64,000 nucleotides of DNA from a virus: the UHGV virus genome UHGV-0167633; one strand, 5' to 3'. Made by a program: the position numbers and the translations under genes. Numbering within the stretch: position 1 is the stretch's first letter; the number at the start of each line of letters is the position of its first letter. A model generated the notes under the pieces. That model saw only the letters and a program-made list of their open reading frames with translations. It was not told the DNA's origin and ran no database searches. Positions 30,084-38,938 of this stretch are shown in pieces.

Positions 30084-30191
30084 GATCCCATTTCAGGCCA
30101 GAAATGGCGCGGCTTACAGCGATCCGGGATCTTCTTTGGATCTTCCTAGGTTCTCTTTAGGATCTGTTTATTGGATCTATGCTGTGGATAA
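30084..30191. promoter_or_regulatory. plasmid origin segment: GATC cluster plus DnaA box
   Basis: Six GATC sites within ~95 bp (30084, 30121, 30128, 30139, 30161, 30174) and TGTGGATAA (DnaA box, 30183-30191) directly adjacent to the iterons. Confidence 0.55.
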
Positions 30192-30234
30192 GTTGAATAA
30201 ACCGGCCAATAAAGCCGGTTGGAAGGAAGCCGTA

Positions 30235-30627
30235 TTATTCTACGCTCTCGATAAGAAGACCATGTTCATAACATTTAAGCTCATCGCCTTCGTACAGGAA
30301 TTGGTATCCAACACCACCATCTTCATGGACATTAGGGAATAACTCATAACTCACTGAAGAGCAAATCACACCAATGCAACGATCAACGCCTTCTCGTTCT
30401 TCAGTGCTGAAAAAATCCTCTTCGGTAAGAACATGAGTACATTGCTCATCAGCATAGGTCGGAAATACATGCTCGATGCAATCCGGGTGTTTTAAACCAA
30501 GCTGATCGGCAAGCTCGAAAGCATGACGGTATTGTTCAGATCCTGGCTTGCCAACAGTGATGTGCTCAATTTTGTAGATTGAAGTCGCTTTGTTGATAGT
30601 TTGCTTTACTGTTACTTTATCAGACAT
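30235..30627 (-). CDS. hypothetical protein
   Basis: 130-aa ORF; no motif recognised. Confidence 0.4.
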   Translation of the reverse strand: MSDKVTVKQTINKATSIYKIEHITVGKPGSEQYRHAFELADQLGLKHPDCIEHVFPTYADEQCTHVLTEEDFFSTEEREGVDRCIGVICSSVSYELFPNVHEDGGVGYQFLYEGDELKCYEHGLLIESVE

Positions 30628-30638
30628 AAAAATCCCTT

Positions 30639-30971
30639 TTAGTTACCGCTGATAGCGCGGTTGTAATCATTAACGTTGCGATTCTTCCTGTTAATCCCCA
30701 TCAGCATCGTTTCTGTATCGAGGATATACGCTGGCAGATCATCAAAATATTCACTGCTAAACTCTGGCATCCTGCACATAAATGCACTTTTTGGGGCAGG
30801 GTGGTTAACCTTTGTCGGCGTCGGCGTTAAATTCGCTGATCGACTCCCGGAGCAACCGCTGAGTGTCAGCAGGAATACGCTGACGAACATTACCCGCCGC
30901 AACAAGTTGTTTCTGAACTTCAGCTTTTCGTTCCATTTGCCTGTCAGCATACTTGGCTTGTTCTGATTCAT
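30639..30971 (-). CDS. lipoprotein
   Basis: 110-aa ORF with lipobox LTLSGC after a hydrophobic signal segment. Confidence 0.55.
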   Translation of the reverse strand: MNQNKPSMLTGKWNEKLKFRNNLLRRVMFVSVFLLTLSGCSGSRSANLTPTPTKVNHPAPKSAFMCRMPEFSSEYFDDLPAYILDTETMLMGINRKNRNVNDYNRAISGN

Positions 30972-31254
30972 TTTTCACTTCCTGGCTGTGAAAATGTTGC
31001 TCTGCTTTGTTCATCGTCTCAATGGTCTGGTTAAGATCCATTATTGACTTATCACGTTCCTTAACAGCCTGATCAAGACTGCCAATTTTCTCCATGGCTT
31101 GCTTTAGCTGATGACGTTCCCACGCAAACCCAGCACCAACAAGTGCGCAAATCAGAACAAGAACACCAGTAGCAGCAAGTTTCTCCTTCAAAGACAAAGC
31201 TGTTTTTAACGTAGAAAAGAATGACATGTCTTCCTCCTGAAGAAAAATTATCAA
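30805..31254 (-). CDS. membrane-anchored coiled-coil protein
   Basis: 149-aa ORF (likely start MSFFSTLK); one TM helix then coiled coil; 3' end overlaps lipoprotein gene out of frame. Confidence 0.45.
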   Translation of the reverse strand: MIIFLQEEDMSFFSTLKTALSLKEKLAATGVLVLICALVGAGFAWERHQLKQAMEKIGSLDQAVKERDKSIMDLNQTIETMNKAEQHFHSQEVKNESEQAKYADRQMERKAEVQKQLVAAGNVRQRIPADTQRLLRESISEFNADADKG

Positions 31255-31266
31255 TGAAGTCCTTTG

Positions 31267-32055
31267 TTACCGTGCCGCTTTGTTTAATTCATCAAGAACA
31301 GAATCAGGAACCAAAGCGGCGACTGCGCTGGCTGTGCTGGCCTTATTTGCTGATGCTTCCGCAAGCGCGGTACCGATAGCATGGTTATAAGCAGTTATGG
31401 CTACGTTGGCGCTTTCATTCGCTCGCTCATGCTGCTGTTGTAACGCAGTTGTGGGCGCTGTTGTCTGGTTGAAAACAACCCCAAACTGTTCAGTTGCTAC
31501 TTTCAGAGATTCAATTTGCTCTTCTGTTAGTGTTGGTGGGGGAGTGGCAGTGCCGCCGCCTGAACCAGAGCCTGACGAGCTTCCTGAGCCAGTGTTAAGG
31601 GTCTGGTTAATCTCCCCCATAGCAGCGACTAAACTTGATGTATTAAGCGCGTTAACAGCGTCCTCAAGCGATTTAGTAATATTCACATCGCCAATGGCAA
31701 TAGAGATCGGCAGTTCTGAAACTTCTCGCTCATTAGCACGGCAGTAAACATCCCAACCAATATCGAGTTGAAGCAGCATTGACAGATCTGCATAACCAGC
31801 CAACAGGTCCGCGTGCTTAGTTGCCAGTTCTCCAATGTTCGTTAAGCCGGTTGTGGTTGTTCTGATCGTTGAAACATAGCTGGTAATAGTGTCGGGATAG
31901 ACAATTGTATCCAGAATTAATCCGGTCAATTCTTCTGCAAGCAGTTTTGCTGTGTTAGCACTGTTTCGTGCCGATGTTATGGCACCAGGTGTTTTCATCC
32001 CACCGGCGGCGGCCAATTTTTTATATGCGGATAACTGGTAGTCTTTTTCCAGCAT
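31267..32055 (-). CDS. hypothetical protein with Ser/Gly-rich linker
   Basis: Start set to ATG at 32053-32055 (strong RBS AGGAG) rather than the ORF-track start at 32112; GSGSSSGSGSGGG linker. Confidence 0.45.
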   Translation of the reverse strand: MLEKDYQLSAYKKLAAAGGMKTPGAITSARNSANTAKLLAEELTGLILDTIVYPDTITSYVSTIRTTTTGLTNIGELATKHADLLAGYADLSMLLQLDIGWDVYCRANEREVSELPISIAIGDVNITKSLEDAVNALNTSSLVAAMGEINQTLNTGSGSSSGSGSGGGTATPPPTLTEEQIESLKVATEQFGVVFNQTTAPTTALQQQHERANESANVAITAYNHAIGTALAEASANKASTASAVAALVPDSVLDELNKAAR

Positions 32056-32063
32056 GATATCTC

Positions 32064-32348
32064 CTAACTTACCTGAACCAGGCCGTCTCCGGACGCTACG
32101 GTAGATCCGCATGAAACAGGGTCACCAACGCATACGATCCCTTTACCATTGACGGTAAACCATGCCCTGGTTGATATAGCTTGCCCACCGTGCGTACTGT
32201 TTCCATCGGTATGCTGTGCATATTGCTTGCCATCAACTAACACTTCGACTCCGTTGACTTTAAGTAGTGGTTCACTCTCTACAGGAGGCCTGGATGGGAA
32301 TCCTCCGTGCCCCGAACAAATGCTGTCTTTTGTTGCAATACTTGCCAC
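32064..32348 (-). CDS. small Gly/Cys-containing protein (PAAR-like?)
   Basis: 94-aa ORF; repeated NG.V / GDPVSCG-type motifs; weak resemblance only. Confidence 0.3.
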   Translation of the reverse strand: MASIATKDSICSGHGGFPSRPPVESEPLLKVNGVEVLVDGKQYAQHTDGNSTHGGQAISTRAWFTVNGKGIVCVGDPVSCGSTVASGDGLVQVS

Positions 32349-32427
32349 GTCATCACCAATTATTTGCTCTGATTTTCGTTATTTTAACTCAGGTTATTTG
32401 TGGTCTACATGGCTGTTACCTATTGCA

Positions 32428-32444
32428 AAATTGCTCTAATAAAT
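32428..32444 (+). promoter_or_regulatory. C1-repressor-type operator
   Basis: ATTGCTCTAATAAATAT (16/17) upstream of the rdgC-like/dmt operon. Confidence 0.55.
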
Positions 32445-32445
32445 A

Positions 32446-32802
32446 TTGTTTTTTATGTCGTATTTTCGGTACCATTCAGCCATCGCCCTTCAATGGGCAT
32501 TTGTTTGGAGTCGTCAGATGCAGATGGAGCTAATAAGCCGCAAAGAGTTCGATAGCCGTGTAACCTGCGGTGAACTCGACAACTTGCAGGCTATCAAGGT
32601 GAAAGAAGGCTTTTGCCTCATTGGGAATCAGAGCGGAACAAATCGCGTTTTTATGCTTCGCCGTACGGATTTGAAGCCATTTGTCTGGAAGAACGAAATT
32701 GGTCCCAGCTCATACGCTCAAACGAGGGGGTGCCACAACCTGGCCTTTTTCTACAAAGACGAGCTTTCTGTGGTTGATATTCAAGGGTTACAACATGTTT
32801 AA
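32446..32802 (+). CDS. hypothetical protein
   Basis: 118-aa ORF upstream of rdgC homolog; start uncertain. Confidence 0.3.
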   Translation: MFFMSYFRYHSAIALQWAFVWSRQMQMELISRKEFDSRVTCGELDNLQAIKVKEGFCLIGNQSGTNRVFMLRRTDLKPFVWKNEIGPSSYAQTRGCHNLAFFYKDELSVVDIQGLQHV

Positions 32803-33700
32803 GCACTGGAAAAACATTACTATTTATAAACTTTCTCGTGAGGCGGATCTGACCGACTTAGAAGATAAGAAGAAAATGATCCTTTTCACGCCATGCGGTA
32901 GTCAGGATATGGCCAAGTTCGGTTTTGTATCTCCATTTGGTGATAATTCCGAAGTTATCGCTATGCATGGAAATGGTTTTATCCTTGTTGAAGCAAAGCG
33001 CGAAACAAAAATTCTTCCCCCGCCGGTTATCCAGCGAGCTATTCAAGAAAAAATTGAAAAACTTGAGCAAGAACAAGCGCGTAAACTGAAGAAAACAGAG
33101 AAGGACTCCCTGAAAGACGAAGTTCTGCATTCTCTTCTGCCACGGGCTTTTTCAAAGTTTTCTGTTATCCAGGCGATCTACGACGGTTCAACTAAACGTA
33201 TCTATATCAATGCCAGCGCGCGGCAGGCAGAGGATATGCTCGCGCTTATGCGTAAATCTCTGGGTTCTCTTCCTGTTGTTCCCCTAAGTGTTGAAAATCC
33301 CATTGAATTAACGCTGACCGACTGGGTACGTGATGGTAGTGCTCCACAGGGATTTCAAATGGGGGATGCGGCAGAACTTAAGGCAGTGCTTGAGGATGGC
33401 GGTATTGCCCGAGTGAAAAAGCAGGATTTGGGAAGCGATGAAATTTCCACACACCTGGAAGCTGGCAAGCTCGTCACTAAGTTGGCACTCGACTGGCAGA
33501 ACCGCATTAAATTTACACTGGACCATAACTTCAGCCTTACCAGCGTCAAATTTGCGGATGAATTGCTTGAGCAGAACTCTGATATTGATAGTGAAGATGT
33601 TGCGCAGCGACTGGACGCAGATTTCTTCCTGTTGACCAGTGAAATTTCGTGCCTGGTTGATGCTCTGGTAAATGCCCTTGGTGGAGAGGCTAAGCAGTGA
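32795..33700 (+). CDS. hrdC: RdgC-like recombination-associated protein
   Basis: Start at ATG 32795 ([16 protein letters not shown], cf. E. coli RdgC MLWFKNLMVYRLSR); stop overlaps dmt start. Confidence 0.7.
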   Translation: MFKHWKNITIYKLSREADLTDLEDKKKMILFTPCGSQDMAKFGFVSPFGDNSEVIAMHGNGFILVEAKRETKILPPPVIQRAIQEKIEKLEQEQARKLKKTEKDSLKDEVLHSLLPRAFSKFSVIQAIYDGSTKRIYINASARQAEDMLALMRKSLGSLPVVPLSVENPIELTLTDWVRDGSAPQGFQMGDAAELKAVLEDGGIARVKKQDLGSDEISTHLEAGKLVTKLALDWQNRIKFTLDHNFSLTSVKFADELLEQNSDIDSEDVAQRLDADFFLLTSEISCLVDALVNALGGEAKQ

Positions 33701-35961
33701 AAGAGCTGTGCTATGGATCTGTTTGCAGTGGAATTGAAGCCGCGAGTGTTGCCTGGGAACCGTTGGGTATGCGTCCGGCGTGGTTTGCTGAAATCGAGCC
33801 TTTTCCATCTGCCGTTCTTGCGCACCGCTGGCCCCATGTCGCCAACCTTGGCGATATGACAAAACTTGCCAAAAAAGTCCTGGCTGGGGAAATCGAATCC
33901 CCTGATGTGCTCGTCGGGGGAACACCTTGTCAGGCATTCAGTATCGCTGGATTACGTGGTGGGCTTGATGATGAGCGTGGCGCGCTAACTTTAAAGTATG
34001 TGGAGCTTGCAAATGCAATTGACGACAAACGGGCTGAGTCATTTCTCAAACCGACAGTTATCGTCTGGGAAAATGTCCCAGGAGTCCTGTCATCGGCAGA
34101 TAACGCCTTCGGATGTTTCCTTGCCGGATTGGCTGGAGAAGATGCGCCATTTGAACCAGGTGATCGACCTGAATCAGGAAAAAGTAACGCGTTCTGGCGG
34201 TGGGATGGCAAAACCGGTTGCCATGCTCCAAAGTGGCCGCAGTGTGGTTGTATTTATGGACCGCAGCGAAAGGTGGCCTGGAGAATCCTTGATGCCCAAT
34301 ACTTCGGAGTGGCACAACGACGCCGACGCGTGTTTGTTGTCGCAAGTGCTCGAACAGACCTCGATCCCGCAACGGTACTTTTTGAGTTCGAAGGCGTGCG
34401 CCGGAATATTGCGCCGAGCCGAAAAAAGAAGGAAATCGCTTCCGCCATTATTGCAAATGGCGCTGCAATCAGTGGCGAAAGCCTAAATCCATGCCTACAC
34501 GCTGACATGCCACCCGGTATGAAATCGACGAAAGCCGTAAACGCTTTCAGGATGGCAGCATTTGGGGAATATATTGACGATGAAACCGCATCGACAGTAA
34601 AGGCAAGAGATTTTAAAGATGCCACTGACCTTGCCGTTTTTAGCAGCACAGGAGCAGGTTTTTGGTCAGAAGGGCATGGTACATTGCGGGCACGTGAGCA
34701 AGAAAGCCATGAGCATCTTGTTACATTGGCTTTTCCTGAGCGTATGAGCGGTACACAACATGCTGCAACTAAGAATACTTCACCATCTCTAATGGCTAAA
34801 AATCCAACAGCTGTTTGCTATGAAGTAAGAAACGCAGAAGTAGCTGTCCGCCGTCTTACCCCTATCGAATGTGAAAGGCTGCAAGGTTTTCCTGATGGGC
34901 ATACGTTGATCCCGACGGAAAAGCGTAAAAAAGTTAATTCAGATGAACTGGCATATCTTCGCAATCACTATCCAGATTTAAGCGAAGAAGAGGCCGCGAT
35001 GTTTGCAGCTGACGGACCGCGTTACAAAGCGATCGGCAATAGTATGGCGATACCAGTAATGCGCTGGATTGGCGAGCGGATTACCAAGGCTGCATGTCGG
35101 CAGAATGAAGGGCGTGAAACAAAAGAGCGAAAAGTTAAACCTGCGGCAGAATTCGAACGGTCCATATTCAAATGGGCTGGTGGAAAATTTGGTGTTCTGG
35201 AACAAATCTTTCGCTATTTGCCAGAAGGGAAGCGCCTAATTGAACCTTTTGTCGGTGGCGGATCTGTCTTCACGAATGCCGGATACCAGGAAAATCTGCT
35301 AAATGATGTGAATGCTGACCTGATTAACTTTTACAAGACTCTGCAACGCGAGGCGCATTCACTTATCACTCTGGCACATCGTTTCTTCCAGGACTACAAC
35401 ACACAGGAAGGATACCTGGCAGTACGGAATGCGTTTAACAAACAAGTCTATGATGATTTACATCGCGCAGCGGCGTTTTTGTTCCTGAACCGACATTGTT
35501 TTAACGGATTGACGCGTTACAACCAGGCCGGTGAGTTCAATGTCGGTTATGGGAAGTATAAAACTCCGTATTTCCCATTACAGGAGATGGAAGCCTTCCT
35601 CGGTGCGGAAGGGCGGTCTGAGTTTGTATGCGGTGATTTTGCAGCGGTGATTGAAGCTGCCGGAGAAGGAGATGTCATCTTTTGCGATCCGCCGTATGAA
35701 CCGCTTCCAAATACAGAGGGATTCACGAACTATTCCGGTCATGACTTTAAGTTTGAAGAGCAAAAACGCCTGGTGTCTCTGTTGACGGATGCTCATCGTC
35801 GAGGTGCAAAGGTTCTCATTACTAACAGTGGCGCGCCAAACATCAGAGAGCTTTATCATGACAGTGGCTTCAGAGTGGAACCTCTTTTTGCCAGACGTTC
35901 TGTGTCTTGTAAGGGGGACACTCGAGGTGTAGCTCATGACGTTCTGGGCATATTGCTCTAA
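33697..35961 (+). CDS. dmt: bifunctional DNA methyltransferase (N-terminal C5-cytosine MTase fused to C-terminal Dam-type N6-adenine MTase)
   Basis: 754-aa ORF; C5-MTase motif [12 protein letters not shown] near N-terminus, ENV motif, and DPPY (CDPPYEPL) in C-terminal half. Confidence 0.85.
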   Translation: MKELCYGSVCSGIEAASVAWEPLGMRPAWFAEIEPFPSAVLAHRWPHVANLGDMTKLAKKVLAGEIESPDVLVGGTPCQAFSIAGLRGGLDDERGALTLKYVELANAIDDKRAESFLKPTVIVWENVPGVLSSADNAFGCFLAGLAGEDAPFEPGDRPESGKSNAFWRWDGKTGCHAPKWPQCGCIYGPQRKVAWRILDAQYFGVAQRRRRVFVVASARTDLDPATVLFEFEGVRRNIAPSRKKKEIASAIIANGAAISGESLNPCLHADMPPGMKSTKAVNAFRMAAFGEYIDDETASTVKARDFKDATDLAVFSSTGAGFWSEGHGTLRAREQESHEHLVTLAFPERMSGTQHAATKNTSPSLMAKNPTAVCYEVRNAEVAVRRLTPIECERLQGFPDGHTLIPTEKRKKVNSDELAYLRNHYPDLSEEEAAMFAADGPRYKAIGNSMAIPVMRWIGERITKAACRQNEGRETKERKVKPAAEFERSIFKWAGGKFGVLEQIFRYLPEGKRLIEPFVGGGSVFTNAGYQENLLNDVNADLINFYKTLQREAHSLITLAHRFFQDYNTQEGYLAVRNAFNKQVYDDLHRAAAFLFLNRHCFNGLTRYNQAGEFNVGYGKYKTPYFPLQEMEAFLGAEGRSEFVCGDFAAVIEAAGEGDVIFCDPPYEPLPNTEGFTNYSGHDFKFEEQKRLVSLLTDAHRRGAKVLITNSGAPNIRELYHDSGFRVEPLFARRSVSCKGDTRGVAHDVLGILL

Positions 35962-35968
35962 TAAATTT
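35952..35968 (+). promoter_or_regulatory. C1-repressor-type operator (perfect 17-mer)
   Basis: ATTGCTCTAATAAATTT overlapping the dmt stop codon, upstream of the tRNA/tciA/ban region; embedded in 16-bp palindrome CTAATAAATTTATTAG. Confidence 0.6.
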
Positions 35969-36143
35969 ATTAGTGTAATATCGCCTCAATGAATCGTGAT
36001 TTATAGAGCGATTTAGCTGTTAGCCGCGACAGGCGCGGCGGCAAGTATGGCGGGGTAGTGACTCCTTCCCCATCATGACGCCGAGTTGCCAGGTTGACCA
36101 TACGCCTAAGTGGTAACACCGAAGTGCGTTACGAGCTTCCAGT

Positions 36144-36171
36144 TTGCCCATCTTCGGGTGGGCGTTTTTTT
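36144..36171 (+). terminator. rho-independent terminator
   Basis: GCCCATC-TTCG-GGTGGGC followed by GTTTTTTTT. Confidence 0.55.
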
Positions 36172-36637
36172 TCAGGGTTTTCGTCATGGTTAGCGACTTT
36201 GCGGCGGTTTAGAAACTGACCATTAAAGTAAATGCAAACGATGATCTGATGATGGTAGCGGCCTAAGAAGCCAGACGCCACGGGGTATGAGTCGTCCCCC
36301 GTCAAAAAATCGACCGCAGAGTGTCCCCGTCTGTGTATTAGGGAACGGGGAGGCTTAACAGGCAAGGGCGCTGGTGTGATTAACCAGATGAACGAGAAGG
36401 GGCTATCTGTTGGTCAGCGTCCTTACCTGTTACGTCCTTTTTCATTCAGCGTAACAGCCATTGCTTAATGGCATCCTGGGAGAATTTCTTGTAACGGGTA
36501 TATCCCGTCATGCTGAAGGCGCTAATCACGCTGGAAGCCAGGGTTGTGCATCCCCTGTTACCGAATTGCAGCCAGGGCGCGGTGCGCCGAAAAGCATACG
36601 GAGGTGGAAGCCCTCGCCGGAGACGTACCCGGCAAGT

Positions 36638-36713
36638 GATGGTGTAGCTCAGCGGTTAGAGCGGTTGACTGTTAATCAACGGGTCGATGGTTCAAATCCA
36701 TCCACCATCGCCA
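36638..36713 (+). tRNA. tRNA-Asn (anticodon GTT)
   Basis: 76 nt; 7-bp acceptor GATGGTG/CACCATC, D-arm TAGCTCAGCGGTTAGAGC, anticodon loop CTGTTAA, T-arm GATGGTTCAAATCCATC, encoded CCA. Confidence 0.85.
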
Positions 36714-36715
36714 AT

Positions 36716-36791
36716 GCCGGTTTAGCTCAGTTGGTAGAGCGCCTGCCTTGTAAGCAGGATGTCAGCGGTTCGAGTCCGTTAATCGGCACCA
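36716..36791 (+). tRNA. tRNA-Thr (anticodon TGT)
   Basis: 76 nt; acceptor GCCGGTT/AATCGGC, anticodon loop CTTGTAA, T-loop GGTTCGAGTCC, encoded CCA. Confidence 0.85.
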
Positions 36792-36792
36792 G

Positions 36793-36879
36793 CACAACAG
36801 GTAAGGGTATTTTGCGACGTCGGAGATCGCCGAGCTTGGCAGAGGGTTCGAATCCCTACGAAGTACCCTTACCGTTGTG
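36793..36879 (+). repeat. long-hairpin element, copy 1 (16-bp stem enclosing T-loop-like GGTTCGAATCC)
   Basis: CACAACAGGTAAGGGTA ... TACCCTTACCGTTGTG, immediately after tRNA-Thr CCA end. Confidence 0.5.
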
Positions 36880-37017
36880 AGGAAGCGCAGCTCTTTGAAG
36901 CAACCAGAAGATAAGCATCTGGCTTCACAACATAAACCGCAGGAACGACCAATAAACGGTAGTCCGTATGGAGAACACCCCGTTGAGGAAGAGGCCTGGC
37001 CGGAACCGTAACCGGCA

Positions 37018-37113
37018 CTACAACGTTGAGAACACTGGCGTAACGGGGTCATATCCCAATCTACGAATAAATGTTGCGTTGCCGCGTGACAACCAGTGTT
37101 CTCAACATTGTGG
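37018..37113 (+). repeat. long-hairpin element, copy 2
   Basis: CTACAACGTTGAGAACACTGG ... CCAGTGTTCTCAACATTGTGG (19/21 bp paired), followed by TGAATGC. Confidence 0.5.
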
Positions 37114-37294
37114 TGAATGCACAGGCTGATGTGCCGCAACTACAGTAGTGCGCGCTTTGCGGGGCTTGCTACAACCCTGTGTCGGAATTCAGCACCGACC
37201 ATCACAGTTTGATTCTCTGGCATGAGCATAACGCTGAAATAAGTCCAGTCTGGTGCGGTCTGATCACCCGCCGTTAGCTCCACGATACGGAGCG

Positions 37295-37382
37295 CACAAC
37301 AGGTAAGAGTATTTGTAGAGTTCGACTCTCTACCGTGGGCTTTTTCCCGCGATGCGAGCCATAAATGCTCTTTCCGTTGTGG
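37295..37382 (+). repeat. long-hairpin element, copy 3 (contains T-arm-like GTAGAG-TTCGACT-CTCTAC)
   Basis: CACAACAGGTAAGAGTA ... TGCTCTTTCCGTTGTGG, followed by TGAATGC. Confidence 0.5.
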
Positions 37383-37534
37383 TGAATGCGCGTTGCTAGC
37401 GCGCAAGTCCGCCCTATGGCAACGAGGCGGCGTAGTAAATATCGATGCCTCAGTCATCAAGCGCACTGACCGGCCTTATGGGCTATGAAAAAAAGAGGCG
37501 CAGTCGGAGATCAGCACCGACCACCACAATCACT

Positions 37535-37621
37535 GGAGAGTAGGGAGCATGGTGCTCAAGCGGTCTTGAAAGCCGTCCCGTTGCGCAAGCGATGATGGTT
37601 CGATTCCATTACTCTCCGCCA
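37535..37621 (+). tRNA. tRNA-Ser(TGA)-like sequence (possibly a pseudo-tRNA)
   Basis: Perfect 7-bp acceptor GGAGAGT/ACTCTCC + G + CCA; T-arm GATGG-TTCGATT-CCATT; anticodon arm GCGGT-CTTGAAA-GCCGT (anticodon TGA); long variable region; D-arm non-canonical. Confidence 0.35.
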
Positions 37622-37622
37622 T

Positions 37623-37735
37623 CGCAACGTTAAGAGTATTTGGCTAATTAAGCGAATGCCGGAAGCAGAACCGGATCACCAAATGCGTACAGGCGTCATC
37701 GCCGCTCAGTCAGCCAAATGCTCTTACCATTGCGG
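37623..37735 (+). repeat. long-hairpin element, copy 4
   Basis: CGCAACGTTAAGAGTAT ... ATGCTCTTACCATTGCGG, immediately after the tRNA-Ser-like CCA end, followed by TGAATGC. Confidence 0.45.
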
Positions 37736-37884
37736 TGAATGCGGCTAAGCGCACGCGGGGAAATGGTTATATCAGTCCATTCATTTCTCCTTGTTTCCCC
37801 GTCCACGGTGGATAACCAGCCAAAGGACACCGGGAGGCACCCGGCACCGCAACCTTATTTCCCAACCAGTAATGAGGTTAATAA

Positions 37885-38310
37885 ATGCTCGGCATTCTCA
37901 AAAAGAAATTCCGCAAAGCGGCTGGCGGAGTCAAGAAGATGGAAAACCGTGATGCGGTGGAAGCGACCGTCTGGGGCGCATATTCCATTGCATACTCTGA
38001 CGGCACCTGCGATGCGAAAGAAATTGCAGTATTGGAAAAAACCATTGCAGCACTTCCTGCCTTTGCGCCCTTCTCCGGTGAAATTGCCCAGATGAGCGCC
38101 AATATTCGCGCTCAATATGAAGCCTCGCCGCGCCGAGCTAATGCCCAGGCTTTACGTGAGCTGGCTGATGTGTCCGGGACTAATGATGCGGTAGATGTTC
38201 TGTGCCTATGCATTGATATTGCTGACCAGGATGGCATTGGGGCTGAAGAGCAGGAGCAATTGAAGAAAATTGCCCAAGCTCTTCAATTGCCACTGGAACA
38301 GTATGTCTGA
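37885..38310 (+). CDS. tciA: TerB-like protein
   Basis: 141-aa ORF with TerB-type helical pattern; position as P1 tciA after the tRNA cluster. Confidence 0.55.
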   Translation: MLGILKKKFRKAAGGVKKMENRDAVEATVWGAYSIAYSDGTCDAKEIAVLEKTIAALPAFAPFSGEIAQMSANIRAQYEASPRRANAQALRELADVSGTNDAVDVLCLCIDIADQDGIGAEEQEQLKKIAQALQLPLEQYV

Positions 38311-38474
38311 TGGTTATAAAAGCACGTTTAATTCTAGCTTTGGTCTTTCTCGTGCTATCTGTGCTGGTGGATTTCACCAGCACAATCCTGTCAGTTTTAT
38401 CGGACGGGGCGTTGGTGGCAGTAGCTGTAACATTGGTATGGCCGATATTTAAAACAGCTTCGAAGGATCAGTGA
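38310..38474 (+). CDS. small membrane protein (54 aa)
   Basis: ATG overlaps tciA stop (TGATG); MVIKARLILALVFLVLSVLVDFTSTILSVLSDGALVAVAVTLVWPIFKTASKDQ. Track lists a different frame here. Confidence 0.35.
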   Translation: MVIKARLILALVFLVLSVLVDFTSTILSVLSDGALVAVAVTLVWPIFKTASKDQ

Positions 38475-38581
38475 TGGGCTTCTGGGATTTTGCTGACAAG
38501 CATCCAATTGTTCTCGTTGTCATTGCTGGCATAGTTGTAGGCGGTATTGCTGGCGTCATAGAAGCACTCAGGAAACAGTAA
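38474..38581 (+). CDS. small membrane protein (35 aa)
   Basis: ATG overlaps previous stop; MGFWDFADKHPIVLVVIAGIVVGGIAGVIEALRKQ; ends 3 nt before tRNA. Confidence 0.3.
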   Translation: MGFWDFADKHPIVLVVIAGIVVGGIAGVIEALRKQ

Positions 38582-38584
38582 TCC

Positions 38585-38660
38585 GGCCCTTTAGCTCAGT
38601 GGTTAGAGCTGGCGACTCATAATCGCACGGTCACCGGTTCAAGTCCGGTAGGGGCCACCA
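38585..38660 (+). tRNA. tRNA with CAT anticodon (Ile-lysidine or Met type)
   Basis: 76 nt; acceptor GGCCCTT/AGGGGCC, anticodon loop CTCATAA, T-loop GGTTCAAGTCC, encoded CCA. Confidence 0.8.
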
Positions 38661-38938
38661 TATTTGGTTGTAACACGGCGTCTGGCACATGCGTCGTTAG
38701 CGGTCTGGTGACGTTAAAGGGGTAACCTTTCCCCTAGCTCAGGCAACAAACCAGGTAGCCGGAATGTGCAAGTCACCGTTGGTAGGATAGCGGATTCAGG
38801 GACTCACCATCCTGGCGATTCGGTGTGACAGCCGGGAAGAGTCCGGCGCATTAATCCTGATTTTCTGGTGATGACTCATATCGTTAGGAGTGATTTGAGT
38901 ATGCCGATTATATCTGACATTCAGCACGCCTGGGTGGA

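Noticed and set aside
36129-36365. 78-aa minus-strand ORF in the dmt-tRNA leader
   Set aside because: Not protein-like; overlaps a plus-strand terminator and hairpins.
36793-36879. Third canonical tRNA immediately after tRNA-Thr
   Set aside because: A T-loop-like GGTTCGAATCC and D-arm-like stem are present but no 7-bp acceptor stem pairs with the 3' side and there is no anticodon arm, so it is reported as a hairpin repeat element.
36461-36880. 139-aa ORF spanning the tRNA genes
   Set aside because: It covers tRNA-Asn and tRNA-Thr entirely; the translation is not protein-like.
36762-37466. Minus-strand ORFs (125 aa and 108 aa) in the hairpin-repeat region
   Set aside because: Arg/Cys/His-rich translations produced by GC-rich palindromic DNA; the region is better explained as structured RNA/repeats.
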